Virus record (IMG/VR): IMGVR_UViG_3300047407_000073
Location: 1-25,846 of that record
DNA from: a virus
Taxonomy: Duplodnaviria; Caudoviricetes
Strand: one strand, 5' to 3'
Length of the DNA stretch: 25,846 nucleotides
A program made the position numbers and the translations under genes. This document shows positions 1 through 8,416 of the stretch, piece by piece. Under the pieces are notes generated by a model. It was not told where the DNA came from, made no database searches, and was given only the letters and a program-made list of their open reading frames with translations. Each line of letters opens with the position of its first letter. Positions within the stretch are counted from its first letter, which is position 1.

Positions 1-1343
1 AAATATAGTTTCTTTAATTCATCAACATTTAACATTTTTAAGCCTTCCATAATCATAAACCAATTAACATGTTTAAACATAAGATATGGTTCTTGAAAAA
101 AATGAATAGATGGCAATTTTTTACACATTAAATCAAGCGTTTCTTTATTAAAATCTGTTATTTCAAACGGTTTATCTTTCCAAAATGCAGTATCATTTCT
201 TTCATTGAGATAATGCAATTGAATATAATCAATAATATTAGAAAACATTTTCAACATTTGTTTATTATGAATATTTTCTAATAATGTATTTCCTTTTTCA
301 TAAAGCTGAAAGGATGTTGATAATGCAAAACACTGTTGAATTGTTGATCCAATACTAGAAGCTTCTAATGGTTCAACAAACACTGCAGCTAAACCAACAG
401 CTGCACAATTTTTAATCATAGGTCTATCAACATGACCTGCACCAAATTTTATATCTCGGCCAATTTCAATAGGTCTACCAAATATTTGTTCAACTTCAGC
501 ATGTGCCTGTTCTTTCGAAATATAATCATCACAAAATACATAACCATTACCAAATCGTTCTTGTGTTGGAATTCTCCATGTCCAACCTGCAGACCTAGCA
601 TGTGAAGTAGTGAATGAATCGATGTCTTCTTGGTATTCTGTTGGAAAAGCAATAGCGTGATTCATTGGAAGATATTTTTTACAATCAATCCATTTTGCGC
701 CCAATTTACTCATGATTATTCGATGAAAACCACTAGCATCTATGAAAAAATCACCTTCATATTCTTTACCATTTTTATCAGTTAAACTTTTTACATAACC
801 ATGTTCATCTAAATTAACTTGTGTTACAATAGCATCAGTAAATTTAATACCACGTTGTTCAGCGACTTTGTGTAAAAATTTATTAAGCTTAAATGTATCA
901 AAATGAAATTGATTAGCTCCTTGTCCATCATTACTTGCAAACATGCTGTTAGGAATTCTTGGAGAAGTCATCTCAATAGATGTTTTCTCCTTAATCGTAG
1001 AATCTAGCCAATATGAAAATACTCCATTAACAAATACTGAATCATATGGTCCAATCACTGAATGGAAAAATACATCATTATCTCCGTTTCCATTCCAATT
1101 TACAAACTTGATTCCAGTTTTTAATGTAGCTGCACACTCTCTAATAAGATCTGATAGTGGTATATTACATTGCCTAATAAACATATCCCAATGTTCAGTA
1201 CTTCCTTCACCAACTCCAATAATTCCGAGCTCTGAAGATTCTAAAACTTCTATCTGATAAACAGGGTTAGTTCTATTGTGTATGATAGCTGCAAGTAAAC
1301 CTGCAGTACCACCACCTACTATAATCATTTTTTTATTGTTCAT
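1..1343 (-). CDS. Flavin-dependent halogenase (tryptophan halogenase/PrnA family), truncated by left window edge
   Basis: Not in ORF track. Manual translation gives MNNKKMIIVGGGTAGLLAA (GxGxxG FAD motif), GVGEGSTEHW, ATLKTGIKFVNW (catalytic Lys region), FIDASGF, GWTWRIP (WxWxIP) and FVEPLEASSI. ATG overlaps gp43 stop (ATGA). Confidence 0.88.
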   Translation of the reverse strand, partial: MNNKKMIIVGGGTAGLLAAIIHNRTNPVYQIEVLESSELGIIGVGEGSTEHWDMFIRQCNIPLSDLIRECAATLKTGIKFVNWNGNGDNDVFFHSVIGPYDSVFVNGVFSYWLDSTIKEKTSIEMTSPRIPNSMFASNDGQGANQFHFDTFKLNKFLHKVAEQRGIKFTDAIVTQVNLDEHGYVKSLTDKNGKEYEGDFFIDASGFHRIIMSKLGAKWIDCKKYLPMNHAIAFPTEYQEDIDSFTTSHARSAGWTWRIPTQERFGNGYVFCDDYISKEQAHAEVEQIFGRPIEIGRDIKFGAGHVDRPMIKNCAAVGLAAVFVEPLEASSIGSTIQQCFALSTSFQLYEKGNTLLENIHNKQMLKMFSNIIDYIQLHYLNERNDTAFWKDKPFEITDFNKETLDLMCKKLPSIHFFQEPYLMFKHVNWFMIMEGLKMLNVDELKKLY

Positions 1344-3856
1344 CCAAAAAAATCCTCTAAGGTTGCAACTGGTTCTGCTTTCCAACCAATAGCATCTAAT
1401 ATTAATTTTGCTGGTTCAAGGAAAGCCTTTTCAAATTGTGTATCATTATCGATAAATTTATGTAATTTAAATTCGGCTGGAAGGACATCTACAAATCCAA
1501 TCACGTCTTCTTTCATTGGATTATTAGGATACAGATAGATGTACTTAATCTTGTCACCGCCGCGAATTGGTGTGTATGTCTTTAAACCATTTTTATCTAG
1601 CATGTGATTGTATAAGATGGCAGCACGTGAATTTATCGGTGTGCCTTTCTTATAGATCGTGTCGCGCGATTGATACTCTTTAACCGACGTAACTCCACGG
1701 GGGAATGCTTTATCTTCTGGTGGTAACGCATCAAATTTAGCTCGATAATCTGCAATAAATTTCTGAGTCTCAACTTCCGTACCATGTATGAGCACTTGGA
1801 ACAATTCTTCAAAAGCCTCGCGACACGTGCCCGGTGTAGACGACTTGATCGCTTCAATCCCCATGATCTTGAGTTTAGGCGTTGCATATCGAACTCCTTC
1901 ATTATCTAATACGTTCAATATATATCGTTTCTTTGCAGTCCAGATTGCACGATCTGCAATAGCTTCACGTTTCATAGTTAAACGCTTCTTAAAGCAATTC
2001 ATATTATTTGTGATTTCAACGAATGCTTTATCGAGGACTGTCTCTAATGCGTCACTACACAATTTATCAAGGAAGTTTGTAATCTTTTCCTTGTCAGTTA
2101 GCTTCACATTCTTAACGATCTCTCCAAGATTTACATACACCGAATCAGTGTCAATAGCAATAACATAGTCTTTATACTTATCATTTTTCAATGCTTGATT
2201 AAGATAATCATTAACTGCTTTTTCAGCCCAACGAATGATCGCTTGACCAGACAGTGTAATGCCTTCAGCAATTTCCATTGTAAAGTAACGGAAGTACTTA
2301 TTACCTAGAGCACCATAAAGTGAATTAAGAAGAAGCTTAATCGCAGTCTGTTCATTTTCGTAACGAACAATATCACGTTCAATACGATATACTTCTTGCT
2401 TATTACTATGATCAGCAGCTTCAAGTTCTTTCTTAGATGCGATCATCATCTTCTTAATCTTTACACGTTCATCATATAGTTCTTCAATGATTTTAGGCAT
2501 AAAACCTTGTTTCTCATTGGAGAACATCTGACCTGAACCACAGATGCCATACTCAGATTTTTCTGGCACATATCCTTCAAGGATAGAATCAGGTGTTACA
2601 CGATGATCATGACGGCCTTTAATGATAGTCTCAGGTGACATGTTCCATTGAACAATGATATTTGGATATAGAGAGTTTACGTCAAATGATGCAACCCAAT
2701 CATGTACACCACACTGAGGTTCTTTAACATAACCACCATCATACGGTTCTTTAAATGATTCTTTATTAGGTGGTACTACAATCTTCTGTGGAGTTAGATT
2801 ACGATAGATGAGTGTATCCCAAATAGAAGTCGTACCGAATGTATCGTTATAGTTGACACCAGCTTTATAAGCCATAGTCAAACATAGAACAATCAATCCA
2901 ACTTTTTCTTCCATACGGACAACAAGATCAACGTCTCGAATATTATAATCGATAAATTTCTGATGATCAGTCATATACAATGTATGCAAAGTACCATCGT
3001 AATCTAGTTTGTGTTCACCTAGAACGACATTAGCAATTGTATCTAATCGATAGTTTTCTTGTGGACCATATGTATGGCCGAATTTCTTAAATAGATCCAT
3101 CCAATCAAGTTGTGCAATACCAATAATATCATACATTTGAACTTGTTTCTTTTGCATAGTAACAAGCTTTTCTTCGACTCTACCCCATGGAGATAGTTTA
3201 CGAATAGTATCTGGATCTATTAGACGAGCACAACGATTGACAATATATGGAATATCAAAGTTACGAATATTCCAACCTGTAATCACATCAGGAATATGTG
3301 TAGCAGAACCCCAATGATTGATGAAACGAACTAGCAATTCATTTTCATCTTTACATTGAACATACACAACTCTATTGTCACGCATGATGGATTTACTTAC
3401 ATCATAAGGTCCTAGACCCCACACATAATAAGTATTATCGATATTATTTTTGATTGCAATTGAGATGATTGGATATTTTGCTTCTTCAGGTTCTGGAAAA
3501 CCTTCATTAGAAGCTACCTCAATATCGATGGTGGTAATATTAATGACCGTAGGATCAAACTTAATTACACCTGGGAATTTCTCAGTTACAAACTGAGCAA
3601 TATAGTTTGTGTTACCATAAATTTCAAAGTTAGATACGTCTTTATAACGTTCAATAAATTCTTTGGCATCACGCATAGTCTCACATTTGTATGGTTCGAC
3701 ATGCTTTCCATCGACAGCTATCCATCCAGTAGGTTTTTCTACTGGAACGAAAAGTGTTGGAGAAAATGGGATTTTTGTTTGTATACGACGACCATCTTTG
3801 TAACCCCTATAGAGAAGTTGATTGCCGTAACGAGATATGTTTGTATAGAATTCCAT
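1340..3856 (-). CDS. 43: T4-like DNA polymerase gp43 (family B)
   Basis: Exonuclease motifs DIEV, WNIRNFDIPY, YNIRD; polymerase motifs DVNSLYP, KLLLNSLYG, DTDS, KKRY; C-terminal clamp-binding LEDFF. Start moved to ATG 3856 (MEFYT) because the upstream TTG extension is promoter sequence. Confidence 0.97.
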   Translation of the reverse strand: MEFYTNISRYGNQLLYRGYKDGRRIQTKIPFSPTLFVPVEKPTGWIAVDGKHVEPYKCETMRDAKEFIERYKDVSNFEIYGNTNYIAQFVTEKFPGVIKFDPTVINITTIDIEVASNEGFPEPEEAKYPIISIAIKNNIDNTYYVWGLGPYDVSKSIMRDNRVVYVQCKDENELLVRFINHWGSATHIPDVITGWNIRNFDIPYIVNRCARLIDPDTIRKLSPWGRVEEKLVTMQKKQVQMYDIIGIAQLDWMDLFKKFGHTYGPQENYRLDTIANVVLGEHKLDYDGTLHTLYMTDHQKFIDYNIRDVDLVVRMEEKVGLIVLCLTMAYKAGVNYNDTFGTTSIWDTLIYRNLTPQKIVVPPNKESFKEPYDGGYVKEPQCGVHDWVASFDVNSLYPNIIVQWNMSPETIIKGRHDHRVTPDSILEGYVPEKSEYGICGSGQMFSNEKQGFMPKIIEELYDERVKIKKMMIASKKELEAADHSNKQEVYRIERDIVRYENEQTAIKLLLNSLYGALGNKYFRYFTMEIAEGITLSGQAIIRWAEKAVNDYLNQALKNDKYKDYVIAIDTDSVYVNLGEIVKNVKLTDKEKITNFLDKLCSDALETVLDKAFVEITNNMNCFKKRLTMKREAIADRAIWTAKKRYILNVLDNEGVRYATPKLKIMGIEAIKSSTPGTCREAFEELFQVLIHGTEVETQKFIADYRAKFDALPPEDKAFPRGVTSVKEYQSRDTIYKKGTPINSRAAILYNHMLDKNGLKTYTPIRGGDKIKYIYLYPNNPMKEDVIGFVDVLPAEFKLHKFIDNDTQFEKAFLEPAKLILDAIGWKAEPVATLEDFFG

Positions 3857-3862
3857 TACTAT

Positions 3863-3891
3863 ATTATACCACAACGAGTTATAAAAGTAAA
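3863..3891 (-). promoter_or_regulatory. Early-type sigma70-like phage promoter for gp43
   Basis: (G)TTTACT-17 bp-TATAAT with GTGG extension; same consensus as six other sites in the window. Confidence 0.85.
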
Positions 3892-3894
3892 CCC

Positions 3895-4182
3895 TTATCG
3901 TGGCATAACATTAGCGATTTCAATTCCGCTCCCAAACATTTTGCTATAATTATTGCGCATCTCTACAGTTGGATCTGCAACAATAACTACCTTATCTTTG
4001 TTGATTTCAACTTTACCATCAACATATGGCATAAATGGAACCAAGCCAATTCCAAATGTAGTACCATTATTCTGTGGTACCATGTGAACCGTTGCGGGTT
4101 CTTTGACAACATAATATGTGTCTTTAATTTCTACTTCACCAATAATTTCTTGGGCTGTCACCAATTGCAATACCTTAATCAT
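3895..4182 (-). CDS. Conserved T4-like hypothetical protein (probable Sm-like beta fold)
   Basis: 95 aa, MIKVLQLVTAQEIIGEV...GLVPFMPY...NYSKMFGSGI; type of small gene commonly found upstream of gp43. Confidence 0.75.
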   Translation of the reverse strand: MIKVLQLVTAQEIIGEVEIKDTYYVVKEPATVHMVPQNNGTTFGIGLVPFMPYVDGKVEINKDKVVIVADPTVEMRNNYSKMFGSGIEIANVMPR

Positions 4183-4375
4183 TATATCCGCCTTTTTCTA
4201 TAATATATTCAACAAACATATTAACTTCTTTGGTGTCTTTTAAGAAGTGCATAGCTGTAGCACCATTATATTCATTGAACATAATCACCATAATCATATC
4301 ATTATACTGACTGGCTTTTATTAGCCATTCACCCACAATGACACAATCCATTCCGTTAATTTTTTTATTACTCAT
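4175..4375 (-). CDS. Hypothetical protein
   Basis: ORF in the operon direction, overlapping the next gene. ATG at 4375 (MSNKK) preferred over TTG at 4390. Confidence 0.65.
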   Translation of the reverse strand: MSNKKINGMDCVIVGEWLIKASQYNDMIMVIMFNEYNGATAMHFLKDTKEVNMFVEYIIEKGGYND

Positions 4376-4393
4376 AAGTTTATTTATCAAAAC

Positions 4394-5101
4394 TTATGAT
4401 CGCACCACCCTAGCTAATTTTAATTTAACCAATAGTTGTAACCACAACCAGCCAATGTCTATTTCAAACCACTTTTTACGGAGATTGGGATTCGCTGGAT
4501 CCAAGTGGTGGTTGTTATGCAATTCTTCACCACCAATAATAATACCCCAAGGTACAATATTAGTAGAAGAGTCGCCGCTATCTCCGTTTTTGTAACCATA
4601 ATAATGTCCTATTCCATTAATAACACCTGCTGCCCAAAATGGTATCCAAAACATTTGAATTGCCCATATAGTTAATCCTATCCAACCAAATAACAATATG
4701 TCGATGATTGCCATTAAGACTAAACCAAGCCATGTATATTTGCTATATAGGTTTGTTTCAATCCAATCGTCTTGAATATCTGGTGCATATTGCTTTACCA
4801 ATCCTCGGTGTGTTAATGCACCAATGTATAGAAGAGCACCGCCAAATAAAACCGTCAACAATGGAACATGTTTTGGAGAATGTGGATCATCTGGTTGATC
4901 GGTAAAGCGATGATGCTTGCGATGAACAGCAACCCATTCTTTAGTAACCATTCCGGTTGTTAACCATAACCAGAATCGCATGAAGTGTTCTGTCTTTGGA
5001 GAAAACTCTATACCTCTGTGAGTCTTTCCTCTATGCAGATATAATGTTACACAAATAATTGTAATATGTGTAACTATAAGAGTATAAAGTATTTCTAACA
5101 T
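4394..5101 (-). CDS. Membrane acyl-CoA/delta-9-type fatty acid desaturase
   Basis: Three His boxes (HRGKTH, HRKHH, HNNHH), DPHSP, GEELHNNHH and several hydrophobic segments. Confidence 0.92.
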   Translation of the reverse strand: MLEILYTLIVTHITIICVTLYLHRGKTHRGIEFSPKTEHFMRFWLWLTTGMVTKEWVAVHRKHHRFTDQPDDPHSPKHVPLLTVLFGGALLYIGALTHRGLVKQYAPDIQDDWIETNLYSKYTWLGLVLMAIIDILLFGWIGLTIWAIQMFWIPFWAAGVINGIGHYYGYKNGDSGDSSTNIVPWGIIIGGEELHNNHHLDPANPNLRKKWFEIDIGWLWLQLLVKLKLARVVRS

Positions 5102-5111
5102 ATGTTTACCT

Positions 5112-5138
5112 AAACTAAACGGGGATCCGAAGATCCCC
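5112..5138 (-). terminator. cUUCGg hairpin, probable intrinsic terminator of the hsp20 cluster
   Basis: GGGGATC-TTCG-GATCCCC followed by GTTTAGTTT on the minus strand. Confidence 0.7.
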
Positions 5139-5143
5139 TAATG

Positions 5144-5239
5144 TTATGACTTTTCTGGTGGTTTAGGATTAGGTGGTACTTTACCATTTACCCAATCCCA
5201 ATCATCGTCAGTCATTGGAATCCAATTAAGCGGGTTCAT
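5144..5239 (-). CDS. Small protein, 31 aa (MNPLNWIPMTDDDWDWVNGKVPPNPKPPEKS)
   Basis: Manual translation; ATGA coupling to upstream small ORF; purine-rich RBS; ends just before the terminator. Confidence 0.6.
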   Translation of the reverse strand: MNPLNWIPMTDDDWDWVNGKVPPNPKPPEKS

Positions 5240-5343
5240 CTTCCGATCCCCCTTTTAATTGCATCGGCACGAGCCTTTCTTGCTTCAACGATTGCTTCAC
5301 CAATTGTCATAACAAATCTTTTTACAGATTTAAGAAATGACAT
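5236..5343 (-). CDS. Small basic protein, 35 aa (MSFLKSVKRFVMTIGEAIVEARKARADAIKRGIGR)
   Basis: Manual translation; strong RBS AAGGAG inside the hsp20 3' end; ATG 1 nt after hsp20 stop. Confidence 0.65.
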   Translation of the reverse strand: MSFLKSVKRFVMTIGEAIVEARKARADAIKRGIGR

Positions 5344-5344
5344 A

Positions 5345-5854
5345 TTATTCTCCTTCAGTCAATAACTGTTTCTTTGACTTTTTAGAAGAAGAATCTTTCA
5401 CTTCGATTTTCTTGATAGTAGAAACTTCTACTAATTTATCAAGAGCGATCTTTAACATACCATTTACAATCTCTGCAGATTCAACTTCAATCTTATCTGC
5501 TAATGCAAATGTACGTGTGAAAGCACGATTAGCAATTCCTTTGAATAAGAATTCTCCACCTTCTGAATCATCTGTTGTTTTACCAGCAACAGTAAGCTTA
5601 TTACCGTCGATAGTAATTTCAATATCAGACTGAGAAAAACCCGCAACGGCCATCTCAATAGAATATTTATTATCAGATTCTTTCTTAATATTGAAAGGTG
5701 GATACGCTGGAATATTTTTAGTTAGTTCAGTAGATAGCTTTGCTAAACGATCGAAGTGATCGTCGAAACCCACAAAGAACTTATCAAAGTCTTTTGAAGA
5801 CACATTTAAAACCTCAAATGGTTTTTGAAAAAAGTCTTTAACTAATGCGTTCAT
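5345..5854 (-). CDS. hsp20: Small heat shock protein (Hsp20/IbpA family)
   Basis: YPPFNI, IEMAVAGF, FLFKGIANRAFTRTF, NGMLKIAL; RBS TAAGGAG upstream of ATG 5854. Confidence 0.95.
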   Translation of the reverse strand: MNALVKDFFQKPFEVLNVSSKDFDKFFVGFDDHFDRLAKLSTELTKNIPAYPPFNIKKESDNKYSIEMAVAGFSQSDIEITIDGNKLTVAGKTTDDSEGGEFLFKGIANRAFTRTFALADKIEVESAEIVNGMLKIALDKLVEVSTIKKIEVKDSSSKKSKKQLLTEGE

Positions 5855-5864
5855 GTATTTCTCC

Positions 5865-6089
5865 TTACTTAGTTGCGAAAGCTTTTTTAACATCGAAAGA
5901 TGCAGCGGCTGTACCTACTGTAGTATAAAAATCTACAGCAGCTTTAGCAGCGTTCTTTGCGAATGCGTTTTGTGCTTCTACGTAAGTGTGGAGAGGTTTT
6001 GCGACTGCGTCGTTAGTAACAAATGTTTTAACGAATTGAGTCTTTGCGCCAGAAATGGCATCGATAGATGTGTTGATATAAGACAACAT
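5865..6089 (-). CDS. Small Ala-rich helical protein, possibly phasin-like
   Basis: 74 aa, strong RBS AGGAG, amphipathic Ala-rich sequence; functional call is tentative. Confidence 0.6.
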   Translation of the reverse strand: MLSYINTSIDAISGAKTQFVKTFVTNDAVAKPLHTYVEAQNAFAKNAAKAAVDFYTTVGTAAASFDVKKAFATK

Positions 6090-6091
6090 AG

Positions 6092-6202
6092 TTAGCTCCT
6101 ATTAAGCGAGTTAAGTTAATAAAATCCTTACCCATATGGCATAAGGAACGATGTTTCTTTTACTGGTACATCGCTACAAACCAGTTCCCATCCCGAAGGG
6201 AT
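6092..6202 (-). ncRNA. Structured cis-regulatory leader (UUCG hairpin + H-type pseudoknot + hairpin + RBS hairpin)
   Basis: ATCCC-TTCG-GGAT hairpin; ACTGGT/ACCAGT and GCGATGT/ACATCGT interleaved stems; TCCTTA/TAAGGA stem; CTC...GAG around the SD. Confidence 0.6.
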
Positions 6203-6628
6203 TTAGAATTCTTTACGAGTATTTCCGATATTATATTTCGGACATAATTCCCATTCACCGCGTTCCTTAAACGACAATACTTTGATCTGTCTTAAAGGAG
6301 CACGATCTTTAGACTGCTCAGTATTATTTATACTTAACAATCCCCAATCTGAAAGCAATACTGCGATAGTATTACGTCTCTGAATATCATTCTCTGTAAT
6401 GGTTGAAGGCTTTCCATCCAATACAAATAGTTCTTTAAAGTGAACGATGAAATATCTGCCTTGTTTATGCAGAATATGGCAAGATTGATATAACTTTCTA
6501 TCTTTTCTAGATGCTACACCAACACGTGTTAATGTTTCTCTTACCTTTAAAAAATCGTCCGGCTCGTTTAGTGTTACTTCCAGCATTGAAGCAGGAGTCC
6601 ACTCGATGCTCTTTTCGTTATTTTCCAC
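6203..6628 (-). CDS. regA: Translational repressor RegA
   Basis: DDFLKVRETLTRVGVAS, LYQSCHILHKQGRYFIVHFKELF, W-L-PKYNIG; follows gp62. Confidence 0.97.
   Translation of the reverse strand: MENNEKSIEWTPASMLEVTLNEPDDFLKVRETLTRVGVASRKDRKLYQSCHILHKQGRYFIVHFKELFVLDGKPSTITENDIQRRNTIAVLLSDWGLLSINNTEQSKDRAPLRQIKVLSFKERGEWELCPKYNIGNTRKEF
6325..6332 (-). promoter_or_regulatory. T4 late promoter inside regA, upstream of the hsp20 cluster
   Basis: Exact TATAAATA on the minus strand. Confidence 0.55.
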
Positions 6629-6995
6629 CTTTGAAAATCCTTTGTCTCAATTGTCCCATTTGGTCATCATTGAGTAAAGGAAGCACTTTACGTGCCTTTT
6701 CATTGCTATATCCATAATACTCCTTGACGACTTCCAAATCATCAGAAGAAACAGGTTTAATCCATTTGGCAAACCTTTTTTTCTTCCTAATTGTATTTAT
6801 AAGAAAGTCGTTTTGAAGCTTATTATCCAGGAAGTGTCTCCTGTTCATCTCATTGGCTAATAAAATAGTATCATAGTGATATGACAAAGATCTATTGACC
6901 ATATAAGCATTATAAGCCTTTTCACTTATGTCATCTGTAATAAGATTTTGTTTTGTATCACATATGGCATTCACATAATCAAATGGATTAGGCAT
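6618..6995 (-). CDS. 62: Clamp loader small subunit gp62
   Basis: YNAYMVNRSLS, ANEMN, KKKRFAKW, VKEYYGYSNEKA; lies between gp44 and regA. Confidence 0.93.
   Translation of the reverse strand: MPNPFDYVNAICDTKQNLITDDISEKAYNAYMVNRSLSYHYDTILLANEMNRRHFLDNKLQNDFLINTIRKKKRFAKWIKPVSSDDLEVVKEYYGYSNEKARKVLPLLNDDQMGQLRQRIFKGGK
6794..6801 (-). promoter_or_regulatory. T4 late promoter inside gp62, upstream of regA
   Basis: Exact TATAAATA on the minus strand. Confidence 0.55.
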
Positions 6996-7164
6996 TGTAA
7001 TCTTTCATAATGTATTCGAATCGAGGAACAGTAACAAAGCTCTCTTGTTTTATGATGTTATTATATTCGTCTCGATAAGTTTTACGTACTTGAAGTTCAA
7101 CTTTCCAAATCTTTTTTGTATCAGGATCTTTGAACTCTGCTACTTGAAAATCATATTGTATCAT
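6988..7164 (-). CDS. Hypothetical protein, 58 aa (MIQYDFQVAEFKDP...KDYNA)
   Basis: Manual translation; fills the gap exactly and overlaps the gp62 start. Confidence 0.65.
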   Translation of the reverse strand: MIQYDFQVAEFKDPDTKKIWKVELQVRKTYRDEYNNIIKQESFVTVPRFEYIMKDYNA

Positions 7165-7165
7165 A

Positions 7166-7315
7166 TCACCAATGCCTCAAAACCCCAGCAACAATAAAAC
7201 AATTAGTAGCAATATAAGTGAAAACGATAATTGTTCTGATGATAGCGATCTTATCCGCCTCACTATTAGATGTACCAGATTTTTCACCAAGTGCCTTTGC
7301 CCACAAGCGCCACAT
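7166..7315 (-). CDS. Small membrane protein, 49 aa (MWRLWAKALGEKSGTSNSEADKIAIIRTIIVFTYIATNCFIVAGVLRHW)
   Basis: Manual translation; RBS GAAGGA; one hydrophobic helix. Resembles a small protein type I recall from T4-like aquatic phages. Confidence 0.7.
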   Translation of the reverse strand: MWRLWAKALGEKSGTSNSEADKIAIIRTIIVFTYIATNCFIVAGVLRHW

Positions 7316-7466
7316 GTTCTGTCCTTCCTTCACACCATTCTAATGCAGCTTGTCGCGCATCTTCTAAGTGAACGAACATACCAACTGCAGGTAATCGTTC
7401 ATAGTTATCATCGATATAATCTACATACCAATGATTATTTTCAAAATATATTTTTGCTGTTGTCAT
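7284..7466 (-). CDS. Hypothetical protein
   Basis: 60 aa ORF coupled to the gp44 stop (ATGA); GGAG RBS. Confidence 0.6.
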   Translation of the reverse strand: MTTAKIYFENNHWYVDYIDDNYERLPAVGMFVHLEDARQAALEWCEGRTEHVALVGKGTW

Positions 7467-8401
7467 TTAAACTCCGCATTTGCCATAACTTCAGTCATGC
7501 ATGCAACTACGTTAAGTTCATGATCTGCAACAAATGCATTTTTATATTGATAGTCTGCTAATATAATGATGATTTGTGGAATTGATTGTGATTGTAAATT
7601 TTCACTCAATGCGTCATAAACTTTTCTAAAGATAGCATGTGGTTCAGTGTCGATGTTATTTACTACCCATTCACGCATACCTTTAAAGTTTTTGGATTTA
7701 AGAGCACCCATCAAATCATTAATGGATTTATCGCTTAATGATACAAGGATGCCTTCGTCGATAGAGCCAGTGATACTGTATCGTTGTGCTTCGTTTAGAA
7801 CACGTCTCCAATCTGGAGCATGCTTCATGATCAACTCTGCAAGTACAGGTTCTGCGAATGAAATATTTTCTTCAGTCAGAATAAACTTCAAACGATTCAT
7901 AAACTGACCGCATAGACCAGCAAGCTGTTGCTTGTTAAACTTAAAGTCAATCACACCACAGCGAGAGTGGAGTGGTTCGATGATACGATTTTTAAAGTTA
8001 CAAGTAAGAATGAATCGACAGTTATTAGCAAACTCTTCAATGAAACCACGAAGAGCTGGTTGAGTAGACTGAGGATTTAGATAATCAGCTTCATCAAGGA
8101 TTACACACTTATAACCACCTTGAAGGGAAACTGTAGATGCAAACTGACGAATCTTTGTTCGAAGAGTGTCGATGTTACCTTCTTCAGATCCGTTGATAAT
8201 GATATAGTCAATATCAAGTTGCTCGCATAAAGCTCTAGCAACTGTAGTCTTACCAAGACCAGCTGTACCAGTGAACATTAAATTAGGCAACTCGCCGCTA
8301 TCAACGATCTGTTGGAATGTTTCTTTTAATTGCTTGGGAAGAATACACTCTTCGATCTTCTTTGGCCTATACTTCTCTACCCATAAAAATTGGTCTTGCA
8401 T
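7463..8401 (-). CDS. 44: Clamp loader large subunit gp44 (AAA+)
   Basis: LWVEKYRP, Walker A GTAGLGKTT, Walker B ILDEAD, SRC motif. Confidence 0.97.
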   Translation of the reverse strand: MQDQFLWVEKYRPKKIEECILPKQLKETFQQIVDSGELPNLMFTGTAGLGKTTVARALCEQLDIDYIIINGSEEGNIDTLRTKIRQFASTVSLQGGYKCVILDEADYLNPQSTQPALRGFIEEFANNCRFILTCNFKNRIIEPLHSRCGVIDFKFNKQQLAGLCGQFMNRLKFILTEENISFAEPVLAELIMKHAPDWRRVLNEAQRYSITGSIDEGILVSLSDKSINDLMGALKSKNFKGMREWVVNNIDTEPHAIFRKVYDALSENLQSQSIPQIIIILADYQYKNAFVADHELNVVACMTEVMANAEFK

Positions 8402-8416
8402 TCAAAAACTCCATAA

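Noticed and set aside
1340-3856. Possible intein, intron or split in gp43; the same check was made for gp46, uvsW and gp23
   Set aside because: Frames are continuous and of normal length, with no splicing or homing-endonuclease motifs.
4381-4388. GATAAATA 5 nt upstream of ATG 4375, a possible late promoter
   Set aside because: One mismatch to TATAAATA in AT-rich DNA; cannot be distinguished from chance.
5256-5264. Partial GATGCAATT box inside the 35-aa micro-ORF
   Set aside because: 9-nt match not near a promoter; plausible by chance.
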